The notes: generated by a model not told the origin, from the sequence alone. A stretch of 64,000 nucleotides of DNA from Zancudomyces culisetae HAW-14-8 (GCA_052426225.1 JBNJNM010000010.1:620001-684000), one strand, 5' to 3'; shown: positions 36,092 through 48,073, counted from the stretch's first letter. Numbers and translations are program-made.

Positions 36092-39000
36092 GTCTTGTCG
36101 TATAATTAGTAGCACCATATTGTATGAGCACTTTTTCCCAATGGGTTTTTCCTCATACAACGTTTATTAGTTTATTATTAGTCTATTTATAGTATTTAAC
36201 AATCAGAGGCATACACCTACTGATTATTTAGTTAAGAATTGCAACAATATCATAAGGACATGGTTGCAATTGTCTTTCATAGCAGCTAATAGCTACACCA
36301 CGTTGTAAACAACCAACGTGGAAAGTTAATCCTAGTACATTTTTTTACATATGAGTATAAAAATCATGTCAGAGAATCTAAATAAAAAATCATCAAGTAG
36401 TTTAATTAAAATTCACTACAGTTTTGGCGCTCCTTAATTACTAGCAACATACTATAATTTAACTTTAATTCAAAAATATATACCTTACGCTTAAACCAAA
36501 TATATATAATTTAAAAAAAAAAAAAAATAAAATAAAAAAAAAAAACTATAAAAACAAGAACTCTATTAAGTAAAATGATTGGATCAAGAAACTTTAACAT
36601 TAGCTCTCGTGAACCCACACTATTTACTGGACAACCTGACCAAAACCCGTACATTTGGCTAAGAAGGTATGAGCTGTTTGCCAAGTTTGAAAATTTTTCG
36701 GATACTGAAAAGCTCGAATACGTCGAGCTGTACTTTGACGAAAGACCTCTATTCTGGTACCAACGCATCATAAAAAGTGCAACCACTTGGGATAAATTCA
36801 AAGAAGAATTTATGAGCAAGTACAACCTACAAGATACTGAGATAAATTCATGGAGAACGTTACAGTTGCTGCGACAAGGACAGCAAGAAGACCTGGATGA
36901 GTTCATTTTTAAAATTGAAAAACTATTCAAGGCTTCAAATATTACCGCTGAGGACATAAAGTTTAAATGCCTTGTCAGCTCTATACTTCCCAAATATCAG
37001 GAAATTATACTCAAAAAAAAGGATATTACTTACACTGAAGCTGTTGAATGTTCACTGGAAAAAGAAAAAGAGGATAAAAATTGCACATCGGAGATTCGAA
37101 GCAAGTTTTTGGACCAAGTACAAGCACCTAACAAGTCAGGGTTAAATAACAGTGAAGTTACTGAAGTAGCAGAATTAGTTAAGGAATTAATAATTAATAA
37201 CCCAAATCAAAACCAAACAAAAAATAAACAACACCCCACATTTAAAAATAACCAACCAGACGTGGAGATTAAATCTCAAATAAAATCCTGTATGTACTGT
37301 AAACGAGAAGGACACACTAGCTCAGAATGCCGTTCAGCCCCGTGAAACAGAAAAAACAGAACCGATGGAAGCAATAATCACAAAGGCGTACAGTGCATTG
37401 AAGTTTACCCTACTGAAGATAAAAACCTGGAGGAAGTTGAATTGGAAATACATGAAACAAATCACCTTGAGATGATGAGAATTGAAGATACATGGAACGA
37501 GTTAAGCACATTGGAGAAAAGAAAACTTCTTGACCTTGATAGACCTGATAAGATAAAAATCAGACGCAGCCACGAACAGCCTACAAACCACACCTACTAT
37601 AATAGGTACCAAGGAAAACAAAATTATTCAGTAATGAGAAACTTACATAACGTTAGAGCTGATATCACAATTGGGCAGCTAATTGAAGTATGTCCAGCAG
37701 TCAGAGAAGAGCTCAACCAGGCAAGCACAAGCAAAGTGAACATTAAAACAATGGACGCCCAATCTAGAAACTCAAATTGCAAGACAATAGTTACGGTTAA
37801 CGGAGTTAAGTACCAAGCTGTTGTAGATACAGGTGCAGCCTGTAGCATAATATCTAGAGGGTTAGCGCAGTTAATGAAGATGCAAAACACTTCCACTACT
37901 AGTGAAACCATCGTAACAGCAGATGGAGCTAACCATCAAATTAAATACAAAGTAGTTGGGGCACCTATAACAATTAATGGAAAAGAATATATAGCAAACT
38001 TACTTATACTGGAGATAGATACACACTCACTAGTGCTTGGCACGGATTGGTTAAAGCTTCATGGCGCAATCATCAATATGAACACCTCTACTTTATCACT
38101 TCCAAAAGATAATACGGTAGCACACATACCATTTTCTACAGTTAAAAAATCAAATATTTATTATCAAAACGGTGAAGAGTTTATAGGAATTGCAAAAGAA
38201 GTAAATAAAATTGAATTTAATGAGACACAGGTTCCTGAAATAATTTCTGCGGTGATTAACCGTAATTCAAAAATAATAGCCAATTCAATTGAAGAATTAA
38301 CACACACAAATGCCGTCGAACATTCAATTGATTCTGGCAATGCAAATCCAATAAAATCACGACTCTATAGAATTCCCAACACAATGAAAAATTTAGTGAG
38401 AGAAGAAATTAAAAAAATGAAAGAAGCGGGAATCATTGAAGAATGCTGTTCTGACTGGTGTTCTCCGGTCGTTACAGTATGGAAAAAAAATGGTAAAATA
38501 CGTATTTGCTCTGATTATCGCAAGTTAAATGCGGTAACAAAAAAAGACACCTACCCCCTGCCAAATATTGAAGATCTGTTTGATGCACTATCGGGAGCCA
38601 AAGTCTACAGTAGTTTAGACGCACTGTCGGGCTTTTGGCAAGTGCGTATTAAACAAGAAGACAAATTAAAAACAGCATTTTCATTTCCTGGTGAAGGCTT
38701 ATATTGCTATAATGTTATGCCTTTTGGGCTAACAAATAGCCCAGCCACATTCCAGAGACTTATGGAAAAGGTTTTGGCACCATACCTCTGGCGTTTTGTC
38801 GTTGTTTTTATTGAAGATATTGTAGTATATTCTAACTCCATTCAAGAACATGCTATACACCTACAACTATTGTTTGACTTACTTTCTGATGCTAACATTA
38901 AACTTAATAGCGACAAATGCAGTTTCTGTAAAGAAAAAATAAGCTATTTAGGACACTATATTTCTGCTAACGGATTAGAAACAGACCCAAGTAAAGTTAA

Positions 39001-39859
39001 TACAATAAGCCAAATCACATACCCATCCAACATAAAAGAGTTACAAAGTTTTGTTGGCATGACCGGTTACTATAGAAAATTTATTAAAGATTATGCATCA
39101 ACTGCCAAACCATTAACTGAACTATTAAGAAAAAACAAAATTTGGTCTTTTGAAAAAGATTGTATTGTGGCTGTAGACATACTAAAAGATAAACTTAAAA
39201 ATGCACCAACACTTAGTAGACCTTTATGGGACACACCATTTACCCTAACAACAGACGCTTCGCATCAGGGTCTAGGTGCCATACTAAGTCAATTGGTTAA
39301 CAATAAAGAACTGCCAATTGCGTTCGCTTCACGGTCCCTAACAAAAGCTGAAAAAAATTATTCGGCCACCCACCTGGAGGGTCTTGGTGTCATGAACTGA
39401 TTCTAGAATGTTCGAAAACGTTCTAGAATCATCTGATTTTATTCCGCAGTAATGTTTAGAATGTTGGGAAACATTCTAGAACATTTCCGAAAATTCACAT
39501 TATTTATTAATTTTTCTTACGTAATAATTTTCACATGTTTAATTTTATTAGCATTCGAGTTTGATTTTTGTTTGATTACTAATCCAATTTGATTAGTAAT
39601 CAAACACGTTTTTCTTTACATTTCATTTTTAGCTATTCCGCAGTTTTCATAGTGATTTTGTTCAAAAACCAAGGCTGGAAAAAAGTATAAAAAGGGTACA
39701 ATTTTCCTGTCTTGGATTCAGTATCTAGTATCTTGTATACATTCATACAATAAACTTTAATAATAATAAATATAACTCTCCTGACTCCAGATCTTGACAC
39801 TATACTAGATCAAAATATTATATTTATTATTTTCTGAAACCAGCCTAAGTATTTTAACC

Positions 39860-41080
39860 ATGGAACCGTTTAGCCCAGAACAAGTTGAATTCCTCAACAA
39901 AGCCGCTGTGACCCTGCCAGCAGTTGAAGAAGCCCTCCAGCAACTATTAAAAAGAGTAGAAAAAGCCGAGTCTGCCATCAAGGAACACCCTGCCACAGTA
40001 TCCAAGAAAATTTATGACAAGGTCAAAGCAGACACTACCAAGTCCATCCAGACCATTCTTGACTCCATGAACAACCTCCAGTCCGATATCCAGAATTCAG
40101 ACCAGCTAACCCAAAGCGCCATACAGGCCAATCAGTTGGAAATCCAATCCCTTCAGGACCAGCTCAGTACCCTCAGGAACGAAGTCATAATTTATATAAC
40201 TGAAAACCGTGCCACCAAAGTTGCTAGTACTTCTGAACCTAGTATCAAAGTCAGACACCCAGACACATTTTCAGGAAAACCCTCCGCCTGTTCCAACTTC
40301 TTTTCACAGCTTGCTCTCGTCTTTGCCGCTTCACCCGATAAATTCAACACAGACTCAAGTAAAGTCTTGTATGCCATCTCCTACCTCTCAGGCACACCAT
40401 TCAGTTACATGGAACCTTACCTCATGAAAGCAAACCTTCCAGAGTCTGATCGTCCTGCCATCCTCTCCAACTACAATCTGTTTAAAGAAACTATCACTCG
40501 TGCCTTTGGTGATCCCAACCCTATTGAGAATGCTGATAGGGCAATCCGCCAACTCCGCCAAACCACTTCCGTTGCCGCATATGCCACCGAGTTTAGACGC
40601 CTACAGATGTTAATTGACTGGAACCAACCACCTTTGATCTCACAGTTTCTATCCGGTCTCAAGTACAACGTATCCCAAGAACTCAACCGTAGAGAACCAA
40701 TAGATGACATCGATACCCTGATCTCTACAGCCATCCAGATCGACAACCGCCTCTTCAGCCATCCACAACGTCGTCAACCTCCAGTTAACCCCACTGCAAC
40801 TATGCCACCCAAACCCACTGCTTACAACCCGTTTGCTTCACCTGTTTCTGCACCATCTACCACTCCACCAGCTAATAGTGATGGACCTCAACCAATGGAT
40901 CTCAGTACCGCTTCATCGACTAGAAGACCACCACTTACTCCTGCTCAAAGAGCATACCGTATCGAAAACAACCTCTGTCTCTATTGTGGCGGTAATGACC
41001 ATTTCAACATCAACTGTCCAAAGAAACGCCACAACATCTCCAGCATTACACCAATACAGGAAAACGACACCGCCCAGTAG
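39860..41080 (+). CDS. gag: Element F Gag
   Basis: PDTFSG, LRQTTSVAAYATEF, PQPMDL, CLYCGGNDHFNINC knuckle. Confidence 0.95.
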   Translation: MEPFSPEQVEFLNKAAVTLPAVEEALQQLLKRVEKAESAIKEHPATVSKKIYDKVKADTTKSIQTILDSMNNLQSDIQNSDQLTQSAIQANQLEIQSLQDQLSTLRNEVIIYITENRATKVASTSEPSIKVRHPDTFSGKPSACSNFFSQLALVFAASPDKFNTDSSKVLYAISYLSGTPFSYMEPYLMKANLPESDRPAILSNYNLFKETITRAFGDPNPIENADRAIRQLRQTTSVAAYATEFRRLQMLIDWNQPPLISQFLSGLKYNVSQELNRREPIDDIDTLISTAIQIDNRLFSHPQRRQPPVNPTATMPPKPTAYNPFASPVSAPSTTPPANSDGPQPMDLSTASSTRRPPLTPAQRAYRIENNLCLYCGGNDHFNINCPKKRHNISSITPIQENDTAQ

Positions 41081-44000
41081 ACAGTAAGGGACACCTATTG
41101 GGCAACTTAGCCAGTCCCCACGCCACTGTAACCACTCCTGTTTCTGACACCCAATCTCCTGATAAACCAAACACCTTGACCATTCCTGTAACCATCTTGT
41201 CCAAGCACCACCACATCAAAACCTACGCTATGGTTGACTCTGGTGCTTCGTCCTCGTTCATTGACGCCACCTTTGCTCTAAAAAACAATCTACCATCTAT
41301 ATCTAGAAAAATGACAATCACGCTCGCTGACGGATCAAAGCTTAGATCCAACTCTGCCTCCCAAGTAACACTAAAAATCAATGATAACCATCTCGAAAGT
41401 ATCTATCTGCAACAAATAGACCTTGGATCTTCACCAATCATCCTTGGTCTTCCCTGGCTTCAACAACACAATCCTGACATCAACTGGACTGAGAACATAG
41501 TCCATCTGCCTTGTACCTTGACTTCTTGTGGGCCCAACCATGTCAACCTAGACATCTCTCTTGTGGGCTCAAACCAGTTTAAAGAACATCTGAAGGCACC
41601 AGACACTGTCTATGCTGGTGCAATTACCGTGAACAATCTTGAATCTCTTGTAGCTCCTGAATCTTGTGAAAATCTCTGTCTTGTCTCTGAATCTAATCCT
41701 AAAACCCCTGTTACTCCTGTAATCCCTGAAAAGTATAAAATGTTTGAATCTGTCTTCTCTGAATCCCAATCTGCCAAACTGCCTGAACATCGTCAATATG
41801 ATCATACCATTCCTTTGCTTCCTGACTCAAAGATACCATATGGCCCATTGTACAACCTCTCCCAATTGGAACTAAAGACCCTGTACGACTACATTCAGGA
41901 AAACCTAGCCAATGGTTTTATCCAACGCTCTGAATCCCCGGCTGGGGCTCCCGTCATATTTGTAAAAAAGAAAGATGGTAGTCTCCGGTTGTGCGTCGAC
42001 TATAGAGCCCTGAATAAGATCACTGTCCCCAACCGTGCAGCCTTGCCACTCATCTCTGAAACCTTGGATCGGCTTGGCAAAGCCAAGATATTCACCAAGC
42101 TGGATATGAAATCCGCATACCACATGATCAGGATCTCGCCTGGTGAAGAATGGAAGACCGCGTTTCGTACACGCTACGGCCACTTCGAGTATAAGGTCAT
42201 GCCGTTTGGCCTTATGAATGCTCCAGCCACGTTCCAGTCCTTTGTTAACGATCTCTTCCGTGAATACATTGATCAATTCCTTGTTGTGTACATCGATGAT
42301 CTGTTAATCTACTCAGATGATATCGATAAGCACTATGACCACGTCTGCCTTGTCTTGAAGAAGCTTCAGGAACACAATCTCACCCTCAAGCTAGAGAAAT
42401 GTGAGTTTGATGTACAATCAGTACAGTTCCTCGGTTTTGTAATTGGCCCCAACGGAATCTCTATGGATCCATCAAAAGTATCCAGCGTCACCGAATGGAA
42501 GACACCAACTTGTGTCCGTGACGTTCAGGTATTCCTTGGCCTTACAAACTTCTACCGCCGTTTTATTCTGAACTACTCCAAGATATCTCTGCCACTCACC
42601 GCCTTGTTGAAAAAAGGTGTTCAATTCCAGTGGACACCCAAAGCTGAAGAAGCTTTCGCCTTGCTAAAAGAAACCATGATCAGTAACCCAGTCTTAGCTC
42701 ACTACAATCCTGACCAGCCTTGTATCATCGAAACCGATGCATCAGATTTTGCATTAGGTGCCATTTGCAGCCAGTATGACAACGAGGGACAACTCCACCC
42801 TGTTGCATACTACTCCCGGAAACTCCTGCCTGCTGAAGTGAATTATCAAATCTATGATAAGGAACTGTTAGCAATTATCGACGCTTTTGCTCACTGGCGT
42901 CACTACCTTGAATTTTCTGTACACCCAACCGTTGTTATGACCGACCATAAAAACTTGGAATACTTCTCCACTACCAGAAATCTTAGTCGCCGCCAAGTCA
43001 GATGGTCAGAATACCTCAGTAACTTCAACTTTGTCATCAAGTACCGCCCTGGAAAACAGAACACTGCCGCCGATGCTCTTTCTCGGAAAGACCAACCTTG
43101 GAAGGGGGGTGACTCCCGTACTGACCAAAACAAAATAACTTTGCTACCTCCTGATATATTCTTGAAGTCCATGACTAGTACACCTGTTGAACCTTTGTCC
43201 TCCACGCTCATGAACAACATCAAGTCACTACAACCCAAAGACACGTACTTTGGACCCATTTACACTGACTTATCCAAGAAACCTGATTCCCATGAAAAGT
43301 TCGCTCTTGTTGACAATCTTCTGCACTATGATGGACTAATCTGTATCCCCTCAGACGACAACATCAAAAGAACAATTTTGATTGAATGCCATGATTCCCC
43401 TGCTGCCGGCCACTTTGGAAATGCAAAGACATACGAACTTGTATCTCGCAACTTTTACTGGCCAACCATGAGAAAATATATCAAAGACTACATCTCTGGT
43501 TGCGATACCTGTCAACGCAACAAATCCTCTCGCCATAAACCATATGGCTACCTCGCTCCACTTCCCGTTCCTGATTCACCTTGGTCATCTGTTTCTGTCG
43601 ACTTCATCACTCAGCTACCTCCATCCAATAACTTTACTGCAATCTGTGTATTTGTGGATCGCCTTACCAAGATGGCGCATTTTGTTCCCACAACCAATGA
43701 AATTGATGCTGAAGGTACTGCAGATCTATTTATCCAACATGTCTTCTGCAAACATGGGCTCCCTAAAGACATCGTATCTGATAGAGGTGTGACCTTCAAT
43801 TCATCATTCATGCGTACTCTAATGAAATCACTGAATATTGAACAGAAAATGTCCACCGCATTCCATCCTCAGACAGATGGACAAACTGAACGCGTAAACT
43901 CAGTATTGGAACAGTATCTCAGGTGCTACATTGATTACCAACAAACTGATTGGTCAAAGTGGTTACCAATTGCTGAATTCGCCTACAACAACACATCTCA

Positions 44001-44676
44001 TGCTTCTACTAAAACCACACCTTTCTACGCCAACTATGGCTTCCATCCACGCTTCTCAGTCATAATCCCTCGTACTCAAGTTTTAAATCCTGCCTCCTCT
44101 GATAGATCCAAACGACTATCTGATATCCACCAAGAACTGAAGTTTAACATCTCCCTTGCCCTTGAAGACCATGAGAAATACTACAACCGAAAAGTATCAT
44201 CACAACCTGACTTCAACATTGGTGATCTTGTCTATCTATCAACTAAAAACATCAGGACTCAAAGACCAAGCAAGAAGCTTGACTATCGGAAACTTGGCCC
44301 ATTCAAAGTATTGGAAAAGATTGGACAAAGATCATACAAACTCCAGCTACCACACACAATAAAGATTCACCCAGTATTCCACGTCAATCTCCTTGAACCT
44401 TGTAAACCAGATCTGATCCCAGACAGACCATCAAAACCGCTTCCACCTGTGATCATTGACGGTCAAGAAGAATATGAAGTTGAGAAAATCCTAGACAGTA
44501 AAATATTTGGTAGAACTGTCAAATACCTGGTACACTGGAAAGGATACCCAGACACTGAACGTACCTGGCAAACATATTCTGACTTAGCAAATGCAAAATA
44601 TCTTGTCACTGAATTCCATCGTCACCATCCTGAAAAACCAAAGCCACCACAAATGCTTCACGGAGCTCAGCCTTAA
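41059..44676 (+). CDS. pol: Element F Pol (PR-RT-RNaseH-IN-chromodomain), -1 frame relative to gag
   Basis: VDSGA, YIDD, ETDASD, HPQTDGQTER, GPF, and C-terminal EYEVEKIL...YLVHWKGY...TW chromodomain; frame is open from the GGAAAAC site. Confidence 0.95.
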   Translation, partial: GKRHRPVDSKGHLLGNLASPHATVTTPVSDTQSPDKPNTLTIPVTILSKHHHIKTYAMVDSGASSSFIDATFALKNNLPSISRKMTITLADGSKLRSNSASQVTLKINDNHLESIYLQQIDLGSSPIILGLPWLQQHNPDINWTENIVHLPCTLTSCGPNHVNLDISLVGSNQFKEHLKAPDTVYAGAITVNNLESLVAPESCENLCLVSESNPKTPVTPVIPEKYKMFESVFSESQSAKLPEHRQYDHTIPLLPDSKIPYGPLYNLSQLELKTLYDYIQENLANGFIQRSESPAGAPVIFVKKKDGSLRLCVDYRALNKITVPNRAALPLISETLDRLGKAKIFTKLDMKSAYHMIRISPGEEWKTAFRTRYGHFEYKVMPFGLMNAPATFQSFVNDLFREYIDQFLVVYIDDLLIYSDDIDKHYDHVCLVLKKLQEHNLTLKLEKCEFDVQSVQFLGFVIGPNGISMDPSKVSSVTEWKTPTCVRDVQVFLGLTNFYRRFILNYSKISLPLTALLKKGVQFQWTPKAEEAFALLKETMISNPVLAHYNPDQPCIIETDASDFALGAICSQYDNEGQLHPVAYYSRKLLPAEVNYQIYDKELLAIIDAFAHWRHYLEFSVHPTVVMTDHKNLEYFSTTRNLSRRQVRWSEYLSNFNFVIKYRPGKQNTAADALSRKDQPWKGGDSRTDQNKITLLPPDIFLKSMTSTPVEPLSSTLMNNIKSLQPKDTYFGPIYTDLSKKPDSHEKFALVDNLLHYDGLICIPSDDNIKRTILIECHDSPAAGHFGNAKTYELVSRNFYWPTMRKYIKDYISGCDTCQRNKSSRHKPYGYLAPLPVPDSPWSSVSVDFITQLPPSNNFTAICVFVDRLTKMAHFVPTTNEIDAEGTADLFIQHVFCKHGLPKDIVSDRGVTFNSSFMRTLMKSLNIEQKMSTAFHPQTDGQTERVNSVLEQYLRCYIDYQQTDWSKWLPIAEFAYNNTSHASTKTTPFYANYGFHPRFSVIIPRTQVLNPASSDRSKRLSDIHQELKFNISLALEDHEKYYNRKVSSQPDFNIGDLVYLSTKNIRTQRPSKKLDYRKLGPFKVLEKIGQRSYKLQLPHTIKIHPVFHVNLLEPCKPDLIPDRPSKPLPPVIIDGQEEYEVEKILDSKIFGRTVKYLVHWKGYPDTERTWQTYSDLANAKYLVTEFHRHHPEKPKPPQMLHGAQP

Positions 44677-47039
44677 GAGGGGAGGTCGTGTCATGAACTG
44701 ATTCTAGAATGTTCGAAAACGTTCTAGAATCATCTGATTTTATTCCGCAGTAATGTTTAGAATGTTGGGAAACATTCTAGAACATTTCCGAAAATTCACA
44801 TTATTTATTAATTTTTCTTACGTAATAATTTTCACATGTTTAATTTTATTAGCATTCGAGTTTGATTTTTGTTTGATTACTAATCCAATTTGATTAGTAA
44901 TCAAACACGTTTTTCTTTACATTTCATTTTTAGCTATTCCGCAGTTTTCATAGTGATTTTGTTCAAAAACCAAGGCTGGAAAAAAGTATAAAAAGGGTAC
45001 AATTTTCCTGTCTTGGATTCAGTATCTAGTATCTTGTATACATTCATACAATAAACTTTAATAATAATAAATATAACTCTCCTGACTCCAGATCTTGACA
45101 CTTGGTGTAATATGGGGAGTGAAATACTTTCGAAACTATCTATGGGGAAATAAGTTTACTATTGTCACAGACCACACTGCATTGATTAAGTTATTTTCGT
45201 CCACAGAAGCCACTGGCAGACTGGCACGATGGTCACTTATACTTCAAGAATAGGAGTTTAAAATAGTACATAGAAAAGGTACAAAAAAACCCTGCAGACT
45301 GTTTATCTCGGAGCGTAGATCACACAGTTGACACGGAAACCATGGAAGATTGTACTTTCGACACTGCTGCGCTATTCACACTCGAACTTAAAGAATATAA
45401 CGACATACTAAACTATATAGAGCATTCGGAATTACCTTCACGCTTACCTACTGAGTACAAAGAGTGGATAAAAGCACAATCATCAAAATATATATCAAAT
45501 TCTAACATTATGTACTCACATAGTAAAAAATACGGAAATAGGGAGGTACTACATAGTAAAAATGCGCTTGAAAAAATTAGAGAAATACACGATCAGAACC
45601 ATTTCGGAATATCAAACACATGGGATTTAGTTAAAATACTATATTCTGGACCTAACCTATTTAATTTAGTAAAAAAAGTGGTAAATTTTTGTGAAATCTG
45701 TCAAAATACAACGAAAGCAGAAGAGTAAAAAATCGAATGATACCAATAATTGCCTCAGCTCCATTTGAAATTGTGGGTATAGACACAATAGGTCCAATTA
45801 GCCCAATATCTGATTCCGGTAATCAATAATTATAACTGCAATAGATTATTACACTAAGTGGCCAATTATAAGAGCAGTAGACAACATTCGAACTGAAACA
45901 ATAATAAATTTTCTAGTACATGATGTAGTAGCAAACTACGGTATTCCAAAAAAGTTAATATCGGATAGAGGGACTTCATTTATAAGACTGATGCAGATGA
46001 GTTTTATAAATTTGTAGGAATAGATCATAGACCAACCACAGCCTACCGGCCTCAATCAAACGGGCAAGTGGAGAGGTTAAATATAACTTTAGTAAATACC
46101 TTAGCAAAAATATGTAGACGAGATCGAAAAAATTGGGACAAATATATCTGGAAAGCAGCGTTATGTCTAAGAACTATGAAACACAGAGTAACTCAAGAGA
46201 CACCAGCAAAAATGTTATATGGATTTAACATTAGTACACCAATAAATTGGTCGAACATAATTAATAACGAAAACGAAGAAGAAGCTATAGTTGAACGCTT
46301 ATCATTTATTAGAGACGAGTTACCTACCATAAGAAACCTAGCAGTTCAAAAAATTAATAAAATTAAGCAATATGAAAAAACAAGATATGATAAAAATATT
46401 AAGGAATATAAGTTTAAAGATGGTGAAATAGTTTTAAAATTAGTTGAAATTCAAAAATCAAAGTTCTCAGCTGCATGGGAAGGACCATATACTATTATTC
46501 GCTCACTAACTAAAGGTACATATATAATTAGAGACGATAAAGGTAATGTCGATCAAGTAAATGGAGATAGGTTAAAATATTACCATGAAAGATCGGAACT
46601 GATTCCAGAAGTTATAGCAAACAATCTAAGAACAACATTGAGAAGATACAAGTCACAGCCATACTCTAACCGGGACGGTCGAGATTCACGGGGGGGTCTG
46701 TCGTATAATTAGTAGCACCTTATTGTATGAGCACTTTTTCCCAATGGGTTTTTCCTCATACAACGTTTATTAGTTTATTATTAGTCTATTTATAGTATTT
46801 AACAATCAGAGGCATACACCTACTGATTATTTAGTTAAGAATTGCAACAATATCATAAGGACATGGTTGCAATTGTCTTTCATAGCAGCTAATAGCTACA
46901 CCACGTTGTAAACAACCAACGTGGAAAGTTAATCCTAGTACATTTTTCTACATATGAGTATAAAAATCATGTCAGAGAATCTAAATATAAAATCATGAGT
47001 AGTTTAATAAAAATTCACTACAGTTTTGTTAATAAAAGC

Positions 47040-47806
47040 TGTCGCATTATTAGCAATTTGTACAAGAGTACGCGGATGTGCCTGAAAATGGTACACTTAG
47101 TGCGAAAATGCAAATTCATTTTTTGTTTACTTTTTTCAAATAAATTCAAATAATTTTGAGCTCAGTATGCAATCAATTTTTCATACTGAGCTAGTTCAAT
47201 AATGATGAATGTAAAATGTAAAATGATCCCATGCATTTTACATTTATCATTAATAACAAACAAATTATTAATAATATTATAACAATAATCATATTTTAGT
47301 ATTTAGTTTTTATATAGTGGTTTAACATTCGAATAGTATATTTAAGGAGACGTATGGATGACATATTAAAACATCATCCATGTCTCGATACGGAATACTA
47401 TAATAAAATTATTAAATAAAATCAAATATAAACCAAAAGATAAATTAGCAATAATGTTTTAAACAGTTGGATTGGAACCGAATGTGACTCCAGGAGGGAG
47501 TCACACACTTTTACCAGCATGAGCAGGGGCAGCAGCATGGATCAGGATGCAGGGGTATTAAGTCCCCGCACCCTTGGTGAGTTGACAGAAAGTGACCGTC
47601 AACTCCAGATCCGTAGGAGCCCGGAAGAAATGTCGGTGAGTACAATTTCACCGACACTGTACAGGGGTATTAGCTCACCCGAGCACTCCTCGATGCACAT
47701 TGCATTACGCAATAGAAGTGCATCAACCATCAGTGATCGTACCAGAACCGGTATAACACGTGATGGTAGCGCTAATGGAAGTAATGATACTTCACATTAT
47801 GCGACA
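47040..47806 (+). mobile_element. ORF-bearing LTR-like unit, copy 1
   Basis: TGTCGCAT...ATGCGACA termini, internal palindromes; ORF 47519 runs through the right terminus; no TSD seen. Confidence 0.7.
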
Positions 47807-47808
47807 CG

Positions 47809-48073
47809 TGTTAGATTCAATTTATTATGAATTCTAACTGGTTCTACCAGAGGGGTGGTATCACTAGACTGGGTTTAACATTTTTAACTAGTTACCACTT
47901 TCTAGTCATACATATAAATGGAACCGGAACATTTATATGGGTCAAAATTTGACAATTTATTTAAGATTCAAAATAATAACTTCTTAAATACTAAATTTTA
48001 CTAGTAAAACTTATAAAATTACTAACTATAAAATTAACCAATAGTATGCAAACATTCTATTTTGCATACAACA
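47809..48073 (+). repeat. LTR relic, homologous to about 49795-50010
   Basis: Shared GGGGTGGTATCACTAGACTGGGTTTAA...CCGGAACAT...GGGTCAAAA; ends TACAACA. Confidence 0.6.

Larger units (their letters stand above)
39388..45100 (+). mobile_element. Chromovirus (Tf1/sushi-like Ty3/gypsy) element F, intact, nested in E
   Basis: Apparently identical 412-bp LTRs (39388-39799, 44689-45100); 5-bp TSD CTTGG; PPT AAGAGGGGAGG. Confidence 0.97.
36575..46712 (+). pseudogene. Element E gag-pol (36575-39387 and 45106-46712), with stops/frameshifts and RT motif FIED
   Basis: HLEGLG|VIWGVKYF rejoins across the F insertion; TGA 37343, TAG 45251; clear similarity to B. Confidence 0.9.
36096..47022 (+). mobile_element. 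Ty3/gypsy LTR retrotransposon E, decayed and interrupted by element F
   Basis: LTRs 36096-36420 and 46699-47022 with several differences; flanks GTCT/GTTT; PBS-like TGGCGCTCC at 36425; G-run PPT. Confidence 0.94.

Noticed and set aside
29713-36100. Recurring GTCTTGTCGTAT as a CRISPR-like repeat
   Set aside because: It is the TSD plus LTR start; spacing is hundreds to thousands of bp and no cas genes are present.
32206-37345. In-frame TGA codons in B and E as recoding (Trp, Sec or programmed readthrough)
   Set aside because: They are not shared between elements. Homologous positions are TGG (Trp) or Arg in the sister element, so single nonsense mutations suffice, and host genes here end in TGA normally.
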